Source: an uncultured Candidatus Saccharibacteria bacterium (lineage in GTDB: Bacteria > Patescibacteriota > Minisyncoccia > Phycocordibacterales > UBA9973). From it: DNA of 64,000 nucleotides. Positions 38,371 to 48,220 of this stretch are shown here, piece by piece. Made by a program: the position numbers and the translations under genes. Every line of letters starts with the position of its first letter. The stretch's first letter is position 1. A model generated the notes under the pieces. The model made no database searches, had not been told where the DNA came from, and saw nothing but the letters and a program-made list of their open reading frames with translations. Where the stretch lies: assembly GCA_964646765.1 (NCBI GenBank), contig CAZYIA010000001.1, positions 274,105-338,104 on the forward strand, in the 5' to 3' direction.

Positions 38371-38898
38371 TTACTTTTCGTTTAGAATAGCAATAATCGC
38401 TTGGCTAATTTCTTCTTCATTCATATGAGTAGTGTCAAATACTGGGCTTCCTGAAGGAATAAAATAACCAAGATCATAATTTTCCTTAAAAAGTTCTTCG
38501 GTTGTCATTGAGATTCGATTCCCTTTTTGAGCAGCACTTTGTACGCGTTCACGAAAACGTTCAATGAGAACTCCGTAGGGTGCAGTAAGTTCAAACGTAT
38601 AAAAAGAGTACCCATACTTAGCGGCAAGAGCCACACATTGTTCATATGTTTCTTTGGTCCGGAAAAGCTCTAAATTAATAGGCACCCCTGTTTTTAAAAC
38701 AGTTTCAAATAATCCAAAAACGACAGTTTTTACAAACTCACGATCAGTGTTTCGATTATATCCCGAGAGAAGCCATTTTTGTTTATCATAGGCAACGTGG
38801 TACATCCCAGGAAAGGCTTCTCGTACTAATTTACCGATGGTTGACTTACCAGAACATGAATGTCCGGTGACTTGGAAAACGAATTTTTTAGTTTGCAT
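38371..38898 (-). CDS. P-loop nucleotide kinase-like protein
   Basis: Walker A GHSCSGKST; lid LIERFRER. Confidence 0.8.
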   Translation of the reverse strand: MQTKKFVFQVTGHSCSGKSTIGKLVREAFPGMYHVAYDKQKWLLSGYNRNTDREFVKTVVFGLFETVLKTGVPINLELFRTKETYEQCVALAAKYGYSFYTFELTAPYGVLIERFRERVQSAAQKGNRISMTTEELFKENYDLGYFIPSGSPVFDTTHMNEEEISQAIIAILNEK

Positions 38899-40126
38899 AC
38901 GTGTTGCTTTTTCGAGCATATAAAAACCACATAAAAAATATAAGTTGTAATCCAGCAATAATACTTGGCGCAAGAATAAGAGTTGTATGAGAAGCTGTTT
39001 TTAATGCAAGGAAAAGTACTGCACAGATACCAAGTACCCTACCAAGATTTAAATACAGCTCGTTATCAAAGACATATGCAAATCGAAGAGTTTGGTCACC
39101 TTCCATTTCTTTTTCTGAGAGTTCTAGAAAAACTGGACTTACCACAAGCGAAAAGAAAGCAATACTACCTCCTGAAAGAACTGTGTACAGAACATAATTG
39201 AGCTTTGCCGGTACTACAATAAGCAAGAGTGAAGAAAGAAAAAATACAAAACTTAAAATAGTAGCGGTCTTAATCGAATGTCGTACATGAACACTGCGGC
39301 CATATACATAGAGAGCAATTACTGAAAGTAAGGAAACAATAGAAGCTGCAGTTCCGAGCACTCCTTCGTTACCAAATACGGTAAGCACAAGAAGTGTTGG
39401 GAGAAACGCCAGACCATCCATTAAGCCCGTTGCCATAGAAAGAATTCTCCGACTACGGTTTTTTCTATTACCAGGAAAGAAAATTTTTTTAGGTTGTGGA
39501 GTAATAAAGGTTCCCGAATAAATAACAACACCACAAAACACCATAATAAGCAGAGCGAAGGCAAATAAAATCCAGTAGGCATGCGTAGTCGTATACCAAC
39601 CAGTATAGGTTCCAAAAACAATAAACCACCCAACTAAGAGTGGCACTAAAATATTAGATAAGGCTCCAACAGCAGAATTAAAACCAAAAAAGTATTGTCG
39701 TCCTTCGAGCTCAGTTTCTTGAAACTCTAAAAAATTACGATTTGCCCAATACAAACCGTTTCCTAAGCCCCAAATAAAACCATAGAAAAAAATTGATAGT
39801 GAGTTAGCACTCCCCGTTACCACAAATGCGGCACTGGTTACACCAGAAAGAATTGCCCCAACGGCAAACAACTTTTCAATATGAAAACGACGGAGCAGAA
39901 GCCCGTTGAGATAAAAACCAATTGGTAGCGCAATACACATCCCTAAGTTATAGAGTGCAACAGAATATATTGAGCCTGTTAAACGCCAAACGAACGCATT
40001 TAAAAATGTTGAAAAAAGCGGGTTCGAAATTGTTTTGAGGGCATTCGAACCAACCAAACGGCGAACGTTTCCGCTAATATGTTTTGAAAAATGACTAGAT
40101 TCTTTTTTCAAAAATGAAATAACCAT
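38888..40126 (-). CDS. MFS transporter
   Basis: About 12 TM segments; GLYWANRN. Confidence 0.85.
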   Translation of the reverse strand: MVISFLKKESSHFSKHISGNVRRLVGSNALKTISNPLFSTFLNAFVWRLTGSIYSVALYNLGMCIALPIGFYLNGLLLRRFHIEKLFAVGAILSGVTSAAFVVTGSANSLSIFFYGFIWGLGNGLYWANRNFLEFQETELEGRQYFFGFNSAVGALSNILVPLLVGWFIVFGTYTGWYTTTHAYWILFAFALLIMVFCGVVIYSGTFITPQPKKIFFPGNRKNRSRRILSMATGLMDGLAFLPTLLVLTVFGNEGVLGTAASIVSLLSVIALYVYGRSVHVRHSIKTATILSFVFFLSSLLLIVVPAKLNYVLYTVLSGGSIAFFSLVVSPVFLELSEKEMEGDQTLRFAYVFDNELYLNLGRVLGICAVLFLALKTASHTTLILAPSIIAGLQLIFFMWFLYARKSNTYAN

Positions 40127-40227
40127 AGAATAGTGCGTCCTATTTCTTCTCGGACACATGCCTATTGTAGCTCTTGGCGAGACTTTCAAGAAGAGTCAGT
40201 CCGAAAGAATCAATAAAGGTATAACAC

Positions 40228-41385
40228 TTAGATAACTCCGCCCCACTGACTAAGTTCAACATAGGTGTTTTTAGGATCCCAAAAAAGCCATGACGAGAAG
40301 CCCAGATCTTGTGCGGCTTCTACTTCGGCTTGTACTTCTCGTGTAGAATATTTCACACCTACAAGATTAAAATCCTGAATCCAAGGACGAAGTTTGCCTT
40401 GTGCTTCCACCTGAGACATACCTATGGCTTCTAGTTTATGGATACCATCTGAGAGAGCTCGATGAATAACTCCATAGGGTTCAGCTGCCGGCATCGCGTA
40501 GCCATAGCTTCCGGGCGCAAAGTGTGAAGGATAGATCATTGGACAAACGTAATCGACATACGGAGCGACATGGGTAAGAAGTTGACCAATACCAATATCA
40601 TCTTCTGCAGAAACGGTAAGACCAAAAAGATCAGCCGATAAAGGGATACCTTTTTCGCGAACTTCGTCGTTCATGTAGGCAAAAAAAGAATCTAGCTTTG
40701 CAATTCTTGCCTCTCTAGAACCTCGGTCGATAACTGAAAGGTCACCATCTGAAGGAAATCGAACATAGTCAAGATTTATTTCATCAAAACCTTCCGCATA
40801 CGCATCTTGAGCAATTGCGCTAATGTAATCCCACACTACTTTAGAATCTGGGCGAAGCCATGGAGTACCTTGAAAATTTGACCATATGGTTCCCGTTGCA
40901 TTATTTTGAAACGCAGCCTCAGGATGAAGCTTGGCAAAAAATGGATCTTCAAATACAACAATACGACCAATCACATAGAGATTTTGTTCGTGCAATTCTT
41001 CAATAAGGTGCGAAACATCACTAATGCGTTTTTGGCCCGATCCAACTTCAACAAGTTTTGGATCTTTAGGTATGTATGAGAGTCTACCGGAAGCATCCTT
41101 AATATCTATCACTAAAGCATTAATGTGTGCAGGTTCTACACGGTGCAAAATACGTAAAATGGTTGGAAGACTGCCAGCTGTCCAACCTGTAAGATAGATG
41201 CCTCGTACGTTTTGGATAGCCACATGGTGAGACACTTCTCCAGGAGGTTGCACCAGAGCAGAAGAGGTATCAACCGAAATTGTAGGTGCGTATAAAGCCT
41301 GTGTAACAACTAGCGATGAGAGAAAAATAATTGTTATTGCAAACAAATACTCAGCAAAACGTTTAGAAATATGAAAACCGTGCAT
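40228..41385 (-). CDS. Putative glycoside hydrolase (DUF4015-like)
   Basis: VRGIYLT, IDIKD, GFDEINLDYVRFP, PMIYPSH, RPWIQDF. Confidence 0.85.
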   Translation of the reverse strand: MHGFHISKRFAEYLFAITIIFLSSLVVTQALYAPTISVDTSSALVQPPGEVSHHVAIQNVRGIYLTGWTAGSLPTILRILHRVEPAHINALVIDIKDASGRLSYIPKDPKLVEVGSGQKRISDVSHLIEELHEQNLYVIGRIVVFEDPFFAKLHPEAAFQNNATGTIWSNFQGTPWLRPDSKVVWDYISAIAQDAYAEGFDEINLDYVRFPSDGDLSVIDRGSREARIAKLDSFFAYMNDEVREKGIPLSADLFGLTVSAEDDIGIGQLLTHVAPYVDYVCPMIYPSHFAPGSYGYAMPAAEPYGVIHRALSDGIHKLEAIGMSQVEAQGKLRPWIQDFNLVGVKYSTREVQAEVEAAQDLGFSSWLFWDPKNTYVELSQWGGVI

Positions 41386-41388
41386 GAA

Positions 41389-42258
41389 TTAGCTCTCAAT
41401 AGGGAGTGCACCTCGAAGAATTTCTGCTCGAGGTATATAGCAATCAGTGCAGCAAAGCATTTTTCTTGATGGCCGAACAGTGTCGTCGTTTACATAATTC
41501 TCGGTAGGTTTCTCACAAAAGACGCATGTACCCACCATAACCTTGCCGGGAGTCTCTACCACATCAGTAGTCATTCGATTATCGAACACAAAAAGTGTCC
41601 CTTTAAAATTTTTACCAGGAAACTTTTCCATGTAAGTATGAATACCATCCTTCAGCTGATACAGTTCAGTAAAACCTTCTCGAGTCATCAGACAGGTTGC
41701 CTTTTCACAACGAATACCACCGGTACATACAGCAACTACTTTTTTATCTTTCAGATGAGAGAGTTCAGAGAGCTTTTGCGGTAAATCACGGAAGTTTCCA
41801 AGTTTTGGATTTATAGTTCTCTCAAAATATCCAGATTGCACTTCGTAGTCGTTACGAAGATCAAGCACCACGAAGTCTTCGTTGCCTTCATACCATTTTG
41901 CAAGTTCTTCGGCAGTAAGTTCTTTCGCGGTTTCTTTTTTTACATCAAAACGACCGGCACCAAGTGTAACAATTTCTTTTCGTACTTTTACGACGAGTTT
42001 TGGAAACGCATTTCCAGTACCGGTACTCGTTTTAAAAGCAATATCAGCAAATCGAGCATCACGTGTGAGCTCTTTTTTATATTCTTCAATCGCTTCATTT
42101 GTTCCTTCGAGAGTGGCATTAATACCCTCTTCTGCAAGGAGAATGCGGCCTTTTAAACCAAGACGCTCACAGAGAGCTCGCTGCGATAAGCGAAGTTCTT
42201 CGGGATTCTTAATATCTACAAACGCATAGAAGAGAATGATTGTATACGGCGTACTCAT
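41389..42258 (-). CDS. trhO: Rhodanese-domain tRNA U34 hydroxylase TrhO (YceA/UPF0176)
   Basis: GRILLAEEGINAT, CTGGIRCEKA, FVFDNR. Confidence 0.85.
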   Translation of the reverse strand: MSTPYTIILFYAFVDIKNPEELRLSQRALCERLGLKGRILLAEEGINATLEGTNEAIEEYKKELTRDARFADIAFKTSTGTGNAFPKLVVKVRKEIVTLGAGRFDVKKETAKELTAEELAKWYEGNEDFVVLDLRNDYEVQSGYFERTINPKLGNFRDLPQKLSELSHLKDKKVVAVCTGGIRCEKATCLMTREGFTELYQLKDGIHTYMEKFPGKNFKGTLFVFDNRMTTDVVETPGKVMVGTCVFCEKPTENYVNDDTVRPSRKMLCCTDCYIPRAEILRGALPIES

Positions 42259-42297
42259 GGCTGTAATAATAGTCAAAAAGTTTTTTGAGGCAAGTTT

Positions 42298-42546
42298 TTA
42301 GGCCTTTTTCCACCGTGGAGCAAACCTGATCATGAAGGTAAAGAACCAAGCTTGGAGTGGACGAATACCACGATCACGCATGCTCTTGTAGCACATGTCT
42401 TGGAATTCTTTTAGATTATTTCCCTCATAGCTAAGTTTGCCGTCTTTAAAACAGAGACTACAGTAACGTGGGTTTTGGCGAACACCGGTATCTTTCTCAA
42501 ACGGCATCAAGCAGCTCTCACATGCATTGCAATTTTCACCTTCCAT
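42298..42546 (-). CDS. Zinc-ribbon domain protein
   Basis: CESCLMP...YCSLCF..G; PRW C-terminus. Confidence 0.75.
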   Translation of the reverse strand: MEGENCNACESCLMPFEKDTGVRQNPRYCSLCFKDGKLSYEGNNLKEFQDMCYKSMRDRGIRPLQAWFFTFMIRFAPRWKKA

Positions 42547-42549
42547 ATA

Positions 42550-43062
42550 TTATCCGTTATACGCTTCTTCTAACGTTGCGATTTGAATCTTTTTCATCTG
42601 AAGCATCGCTTGCATCACCCGACCAGCTTTTACTGGATCAGGATCACTCAATAGTTCGCCCATTCTCTTTGGAAATACTTGCCAGGAAAAACCAAACTTG
42701 TCTTTGAGCCACCCACACTGTTGTGCTTTCGGGTCGCCCCCATCTGTAAGTTTAGTCCAAAAATGATCTACCTCATCTTGACTCTCACACTCGATAAGAA
42801 ATGAAATTGCTTCATTTGGTTTAAATATCGGGCCACCATCGAGTGCCATATATCGCATACCTTCAAGCTCAAAAATTGCAGTCAGGACTTGACCCTCCAT
42901 ACCTTTCATAGGACCTTCGAGACCTTCGTTTGGATAACGCTTCAGACTGACAATTCTTGATTCCAGTTTTTTAGCTGGATTGCTATTAAAAACAGAAACA
43001 TAGTAATTGATTGCTTCCTCACAATTACGATCGTACCAAAGGGACGGGGTTATTTTTTGCAT
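42550..43062 (-). CDS. VOC/PhnB-like protein
   Basis: QKITPSLW, ALDGGP, CGWLKDKFGFSWQ. Confidence 0.9.
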   Translation of the reverse strand: MQKITPSLWYDRNCEEAINYYVSVFNSNPAKKLESRIVSLKRYPNEGLEGPMKGMEGQVLTAIFELEGMRYMALDGGPIFKPNEAISFLIECESQDEVDHFWTKLTDGGDPKAQQCGWLKDKFGFSWQVFPKRMGELLSDPDPVKAGRVMQAMLQMKKIQIATLEEAYNG

Positions 43063-43071
43063 ACAATTATT

Positions 43072-43587
43072 TTAAAAAGTAATTCCTAACAATGAAAGCA
43101 CTATTTTTGCCAAAGGGTCGGCAGAAGTACCATACACCATTACTCCACCAAGAAGGCCAGTAACAGTAAGTGTCCCTAGAGCAATAAGCGCCAGAGGAAT
43201 AGCAAGATAAGCATTGGTAAGAATATCGTCAAGAAAAACAATGCTCTTAGCAATGAAGGACGGCATCTTTTGAAGAGGCACTTTTTCTCGGGTAATTGCC
43301 GCAACCTCACCAGCAAGAAGAGCACCGTAGAGCCAGGTGGCGATGTCAGCAAAGAGCGAGTGCATTTCAACAAGTTGGTGAAGTGGCTTTACGAGATGTT
43401 CGGCAATTTCACCAGTTTGAAGAGCGACAAAGGCGCCAAGTACACCAGATAAGAGAAGAAGGCGTTCAATATCTCTCCAAGCAATAGTTGGAAGAAATTT
43501 CCTGAGGGGAATAATTTTAATAACTGAATACACAAAAAGAAGTGCGATTGGAAAATGCACAAAAATCGGGTGAACATTGTAGGTCAT
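43072..43587 (-). CDS. DUF2231-like membrane protein
   Basis: HPIFVHFPIA, TG..A, H, GG.MVY. Confidence 0.8.
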   Translation of the reverse strand: MTYNVHPIFVHFPIALLFVYSVIKIIPLRKFLPTIAWRDIERLLLLSGVLGAFVALQTGEIAEHLVKPLHQLVEMHSLFADIATWLYGALLAGEVAAITREKVPLQKMPSFIAKSIVFLDDILTNAYLAIPLALIALGTLTVTGLLGGVMVYGTSADPLAKIVLSLLGITF

Positions 43588-43638
43588 GTTCTTAGTATAC
43601 TACTATCTTGAAATTAGAGAGACTGCTACAATAATCTC

Positions 43639-44229
43639 GTGGATAAACATATTATTGCAATAGTTGCTGCAGTACTTGCAATTATTGGTAACGTTCCCTA
43701 CCTTATCGATATAATAAAAAAACGAGTGAAACCTCACCCGTATACATGGTTTATCTGGACCATTGTTTCAGCAACCATTTTTTTTGGCCAAGTTGCTAAA
43801 GGGGCAGGCATTGGGGCTCTTCCAACTTTAGCCTCAGAAATTTTTACGGTGATTATTTTTCTTTTTTCACTCCACTATGGCTTTAAAAATATTTCTCGAA
43901 CAGATACGTACTTTTTGATTGCCGCTCTCTTGGGTCTTATTCCTTGGGTACTTACTAAAGATCCAACCATTTCCGTTGTCATTATGGTTTCAATTGATTT
44001 TATTGCCTTTATTCCGACCCTTCGCAAAACATGGCAAGCTCCAGAGACTGAAACACCTCTTCTGTATGCTACCAATGTTATTCGCCACATCCTCGCCCTC
44101 TTCTCACTCGAAGCCTACAACATTGCCACGATGCTTCACTCAATTGTTATGATCACTACGAACTCACTTATGACAGTCTTCATCATCGGAAAAAGCAAAA
44201 ACAGGGTTCCCCCTGTTTCGCATTTGTAA
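43639..44229 (+). CDS. Multi-pass membrane protein
   Basis: PY...KPHPYTWFIW and PTLRKTW..P..E repeated halves. Confidence 0.8.
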   Translation: MDKHIIAIVAAVLAIIGNVPYLIDIIKKRVKPHPYTWFIWTIVSATIFFGQVAKGAGIGALPTLASEIFTVIIFLFSLHYGFKNISRTDTYFLIAALLGLIPWVLTKDPTISVVIMVSIDFIAFIPTLRKTWQAPETETPLLYATNVIRHILALFSLEAYNIATMLHSIVMITTNSLMTVFIIGKSKNRVPPVSHL

Positions 44230-44241
44230 GTTGGTTAGTAA

Positions 44242-45111
44242 TTAGCTTGATTGCAGTGCGTTAATAATGGCGCTACCCGCAAGTATCAATGAGGCATCAA
44301 CGAATGGCCCATCTGCTTCAGTAATGGCAAGTGGAATTTCAGTACAACCAAGAATAGCAACTTCAGCACCACGAGCTTCGAGGTGACGCCAAGCTTTTAG
44401 AAAAAGTGCTTTAGCTTCCGGAAACTCATTTTGAGTTGCCTGAAGGTTTTTTACGCCTTTTCCAGTTTTAGTTCCGTAAATAGCTTCCATCACCTCTTCC
44501 TGAATATCATCGGCTGGCACAACTGCTTCTAATCCTGCCTGTTCAAGAGCATTTTGGTAAATTTTGAAATTTACCGTGCCTGTTGTCGCCAACACCCCAA
44601 CTTTTTTAACATCGGGAGCGAAGCGCTGTATCGCTTGTACACTAGCAGTATTGATGTTAATAATCGGAACGCTTTCTAGCCCCCGATTCTTTAATTCTGT
44701 AATAATTCCAGGAACTTCTTCTGGACCTTCAAGGTCAGGAAGAAATGCGTGAAGTGTATTGCAAGTAAAGACGATACCAGACACTTCTCCTTCTATCATC
44801 ATCTCAACTGTTTTTTCTGTAGCAACTCGAACCACCTCTTTTGCAAGTTCTGTGTTTCCTTCGCGAAACGCAAGAAGCGCCTGGGTTCTGTCAGGAATTT
44901 GGGGACACATGTGAATGACCATGCGCATATGACCCTGATCTGTAGTGGCAGGAGTTAAGCCAATTACCTTTCGTTGGAAATCAACCGTAGCAAGTGGCCC
45001 AACACCACCAAAAACTCCAATATTTCCGCCACCTTTTTTATAGGTATCGAACTTGAGTTTATATTGTTCCTGAATTTCGTTGATAAGTGATTGTTTAAAA
45101 TTTATGTCCAT
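44242..45111 (-). CDS. Aspartate/glutamate racemase family protein
   Basis: GGVGPLAT, IPDRT, catalytic CNT and GCTE. Confidence 0.9.
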   Translation of the reverse strand: MDINFKQSLINEIQEQYKLKFDTYKKGGGNIGVFGGVGPLATVDFQRKVIGLTPATTDQGHMRMVIHMCPQIPDRTQALLAFREGNTELAKEVVRVATEKTVEMMIEGEVSGIVFTCNTLHAFLPDLEGPEEVPGIITELKNRGLESVPIININTASVQAIQRFAPDVKKVGVLATTGTVNFKIYQNALEQAGLEAVVPADDIQEEVMEAIYGTKTGKGVKNLQATQNEFPEAKALFLKAWRHLEARGAEVAILGCTEIPLAITEADGPFVDASLILAGSAIINALQSS

Positions 45112-45185
45112 AACAATAGGTTTATTTTTCAATTGATTATCAAATTCTATACTGCTGATTTTTCAGGAAAAGTCAAAAGTATTCT

Positions 45186-45599
45186 TTAGTTACTTTCGGT
45201 ATATTTTTTAAAGTTATCGAGGATTGCCTGCCAACCGGCTCGCTGCATCTCTTCAGGATTTTCATTCTCCATTTCAAATGTTTCGGTGATAGTTACACTT
45301 TCTGGGATCTCTTTGAAGAGCACTAAAGCCTTTCGGCCGTCGCCCATGGTATACGCTATTTTTTGCATAGGAACTACTTCATCGTAGGTGCCACCAAAAT
45401 CAAATCCTATGCTGCCATCACGAGCCTCCATGCGAGACGTAAAAGTACCACCGGTGCGGAGATCATTCGTAGCCGTCGGCGTATGCCAATCAGGCGAGGC
45501 ACTATTCCACTTCGTGATATGTTCTGGATTCGTCCAAAAATCCCAAACTGTCTGGAGATCTTTATTTACAACAGTTTGAACAGTTATTGATTGTGCCAT
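45186..45599 (-). CDS. SRPBCC/AHSA1 family protein
   Basis: VWDFWTNPEHITKWN, GWQAILDNFK. Confidence 0.9.
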   Translation of the reverse strand: MAQSITVQTVVNKDLQTVWDFWTNPEHITKWNSASPDWHTPTATNDLRTGGTFTSRMEARDGSIGFDFGGTYDEVVPMQKIAYTMGDGRKALVLFKEIPESVTITETFEMENENPEEMQRAGWQAILDNFKKYTESN

Positions 45600-45631
45600 A
45601 GTAGTTTTTTGTAAACTTCGTTTACTTAAGG

Positions 45632-47179
45632 TTAAGCGGCAGGATTCCCTGGTGGCAAGGTATCACAAGTTACCGCTACGTTTGTAATACTTGAGCCTCC
45701 CATGGTGCCGGCACCATTGGTAACCGTGCAGATTTGGTTTTCTGGCTGAGAGAGTACGGTAACATCGTATGTACTGCCCTGGCTCATTGGAGTTGAGAAA
45801 GTGAAAGGTCCGTTTGAAATTATTACATTAGTATCTCCTCCGTTATTTTGAAGTGTAACAGTTCCCGTAAGTCCACTCACCGTACCGCCAACAGTATATG
45901 TGATTACATCAAAAGTTGCGGTCACACTCGTTGGAGCATCTGCGGTGACAATACAACTTCCTTGACCAGAACAAGCTCCAGACCAACCAGCAAATGTTGA
46001 ACCAAGTTGTGAACTTGCATTTAAGGTAACCATAGTTCCAGCAGCATAGTCACTACTACAAGTTGCGCCGCAGGCAATGCCCGCTGGCGTACTCGTAACC
46101 AGACCAGAACCTGTACCAGCTCTTACTACCGTTATGCTGTAGCTAGTAATATCGACAGTTACGTTAAACGAATGTGTCGCTACACCAACATTTCCTGCAG
46201 CATCAGTTGCTCGAACTTCAAAAAGGTATGATCCATCACTTGGGGTTGGAGAGCTCCATGTAAAAGTATGGGAACCAGCTGCGGGCACATTGAGTGTTTC
46301 GGTTGTAATCACATTGTTCGGCGGCGCTGCATTGTAGATAGTCATTTCAATGGAAGCTAACGTGTTCGTTTCCATAACCAAAAAATCGAAATCGAGCGGA
46401 ATGCCACTGTACCCTAACGCTGCCGGATTGGTAGGAGCTCCTGGAATAGTTACGAGCGGTGCAGTTCTATCAACGGTAATGGCAACTCCCTCAGAAGTAG
46501 TTGTGTTCCCTGCACTATCACGAGCAACAGCGGTAATAGTATGTGGGCCTTCAGTAACTGTATTGGTATTTAACGTAGTTCCATATGGAGCCGTTGTATC
46601 TGCGCTTCCTGCATTTACTCCGTCAATTTGAAACTGAACACTTGCTACCGCAACATTATCGGAAGCCGATGCCGAGAGCGCGATAGTACCTTGCACAGAA
46701 GCCCCTCCCGCAGGTTCGGTTACTGAAACCGTAGGCAAAGTTGTGTCAGATACTCCTCCTGAAGGAAGTGCTAGGAGCAAACCCTGTGGTAAGTAACCAA
46801 CAGGCAACAGGTTAGATGAAAAAGGTACTGGTGGTTTCGAACCATTCGGTAGAGTTACTGATGTTGTTTCTTTTCCATATTCAGCGATCTTTTTGCGAGT
46901 TAATGGACCAACAACACCGGTCGTGGGAAGATTATTAGCCTTTTGAAAGGCAATAACTGCATCCTTTGTACGACGGCCAAAAAATCCAGTAGTCGTTGGA
47001 TAGGAAAAATAACCAAGATCTTTAAGGAACTGTTGGAGCAAGAGTACTTCGGAGCCAGTAGAACCAAGCCTGAGTGTTTGACTTAGTATTGGCCCGGTTG
47101 TTTGTGCTCTTGAAGAAAAAACCGACAGAGATAGAAACAGAAATCCAATAAAAAACGCCAGGCCGATTTTTTTATGCAT
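45632..47179 (-). CDS. Secreted peptidoglycan-binding protein with Ig-like repeats
   Basis: Signal peptide; PG_binding_1 motif (LQQFL...FQKAN...GVVGPLT); Big-like domains (ARDSAGN, ATDAAGN). Confidence 0.85.
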   Translation of the reverse strand: MHKKIGLAFFIGFLFLSLSVFSSRAQTTGPILSQTLRLGSTGSEVLLLQQFLKDLGYFSYPTTTGFFGRRTKDAVIAFQKANNLPTTGVVGPLTRKKIAEYGKETTSVTLPNGSKPPVPFSSNLLPVGYLPQGLLLALPSGGVSDTTLPTVSVTEPAGGASVQGTIALSASASDNVAVASVQFQIDGVNAGSADTTAPYGTTLNTNTVTEGPHTITAVARDSAGNTTTSEGVAITVDRTAPLVTIPGAPTNPAALGYSGIPLDFDFLVMETNTLASIEMTIYNAAPPNNVITTETLNVPAAGSHTFTWSSPTPSDGSYLFEVRATDAAGNVGVATHSFNVTVDITSYSITVVRAGTGSGLVTSTPAGIACGATCSSDYAAGTMVTLNASSQLGSTFAGWSGACSGQGSCIVTADAPTSVTATFDVITYTVGGTVSGLTGTVTLQNNGGDTNVIISNGPFTFSTPMSQGSTYDVTVLSQPENQICTVTNGAGTMGGSSITNVAVTCDTLPPGNPAA

Positions 47180-47277
47180 GCGAATAGTATACTCTTTTTT
47201 ACTCGAACAATTAACTATCTACTTTAATAAAAATAAAAGAAGGCAGAACGATTACTCGGCCTGCCTTCTTTTGTATT

Positions 47278-48141
47278 TTATGGTTCTATGTGTTTTCGAA
47301 ATGGTGAGAAAAATTGTTTCCAGTATAGATTAGGTAATTGATATGGAATTCCAACAAGGTGCTTTAAGCCAGTAACATCATAAGTGCCAAAGACTACATC
47401 GTAGAGAGTCGTTGATTTACCATAGTTATGGTTTGACTCAGGAATTTCAATTGAATGGTGTACTCGATGTAAATCGGGAGTGGAAAAAATGCGATTCCAA
47501 ACTCCTGGCTCAATTTCAACATTGGCATGCTGAAGTAAGCCAATAAGAGAACTATGAATAGTGTAAAGCAGTAATGTTGTATTTGAACCGCCAACCAGCG
47601 TAAGAGCAGTGACCGGGATAATAAACCGTACCGCTGCTTCAAAAGCATGCATCTTTAAACTATTTATAGCGTACACTCGTGAAGAAGAGTGGTGTATTTC
47701 ATGAATCCCCCATAAAAAAGCGTTATGGTGCTCCCAGTAATGATACGCATAGGTCAGAAACTCAACTAAGAAATAGAAAGCAAAAAATTCTATAACCGGA
47801 GGAAGAGTTAATAAACAATGCACATATCCATTCAGTACCGCGACATCAAATGCATATTTTGCACCGAATAGTAAAAATACTTCTACTACGGCAAACACAA
47901 CAATATCGCTTACCGCGTAGGTAATATCGAGCCATGTATCACCGTGGTCTCGGTTCCATTCTGGATTAAAAGGAACCTTTCGCTCAAATACAGCGATAAG
48001 AATTCCACCGGTAATTAAAGCGAGATTACTAATAATAGCAGCCGGAAAGTGGAATTTCAGGTAAATACCTAAACTCAGTAAAGGAAATACGATAGCTAAA
48101 AGTGGAAACAATAGATGTTTCGCGAAAAATTTCTTATTCAT
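47278..48141 (-). CDS. Sterol desaturase / fatty acid hydroxylase family protein
   Basis: His boxes HYWEH, HEIHHS, QHAN, HRVHH. Confidence 0.9.
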   Translation of the reverse strand: MNKKFFAKHLLFPLLAIVFPLLSLGIYLKFHFPAAIISNLALITGGILIAVFERKVPFNPEWNRDHGDTWLDITYAVSDIVVFAVVEVFLLFGAKYAFDVAVLNGYVHCLLTLPPVIEFFAFYFLVEFLTYAYHYWEHHNAFLWGIHEIHHSSSRVYAINSLKMHAFEAAVRFIIPVTALTLVGGSNTTLLLYTIHSSLIGLLQHANVEIEPGVWNRIFSTPDLHRVHHSIEIPESNHNYGKSTTLYDVVFGTYDVTGLKHLVGIPYQLPNLYWKQFFSPFRKHIEP

Positions 48142-48220
48142 ATGGTAAGTTTTTTGCCAATGTAGCACGACAAAAATACCAAAGCAATTAGGAAACTTCG
48201 TTAGATTTTGTCAATTTTGA

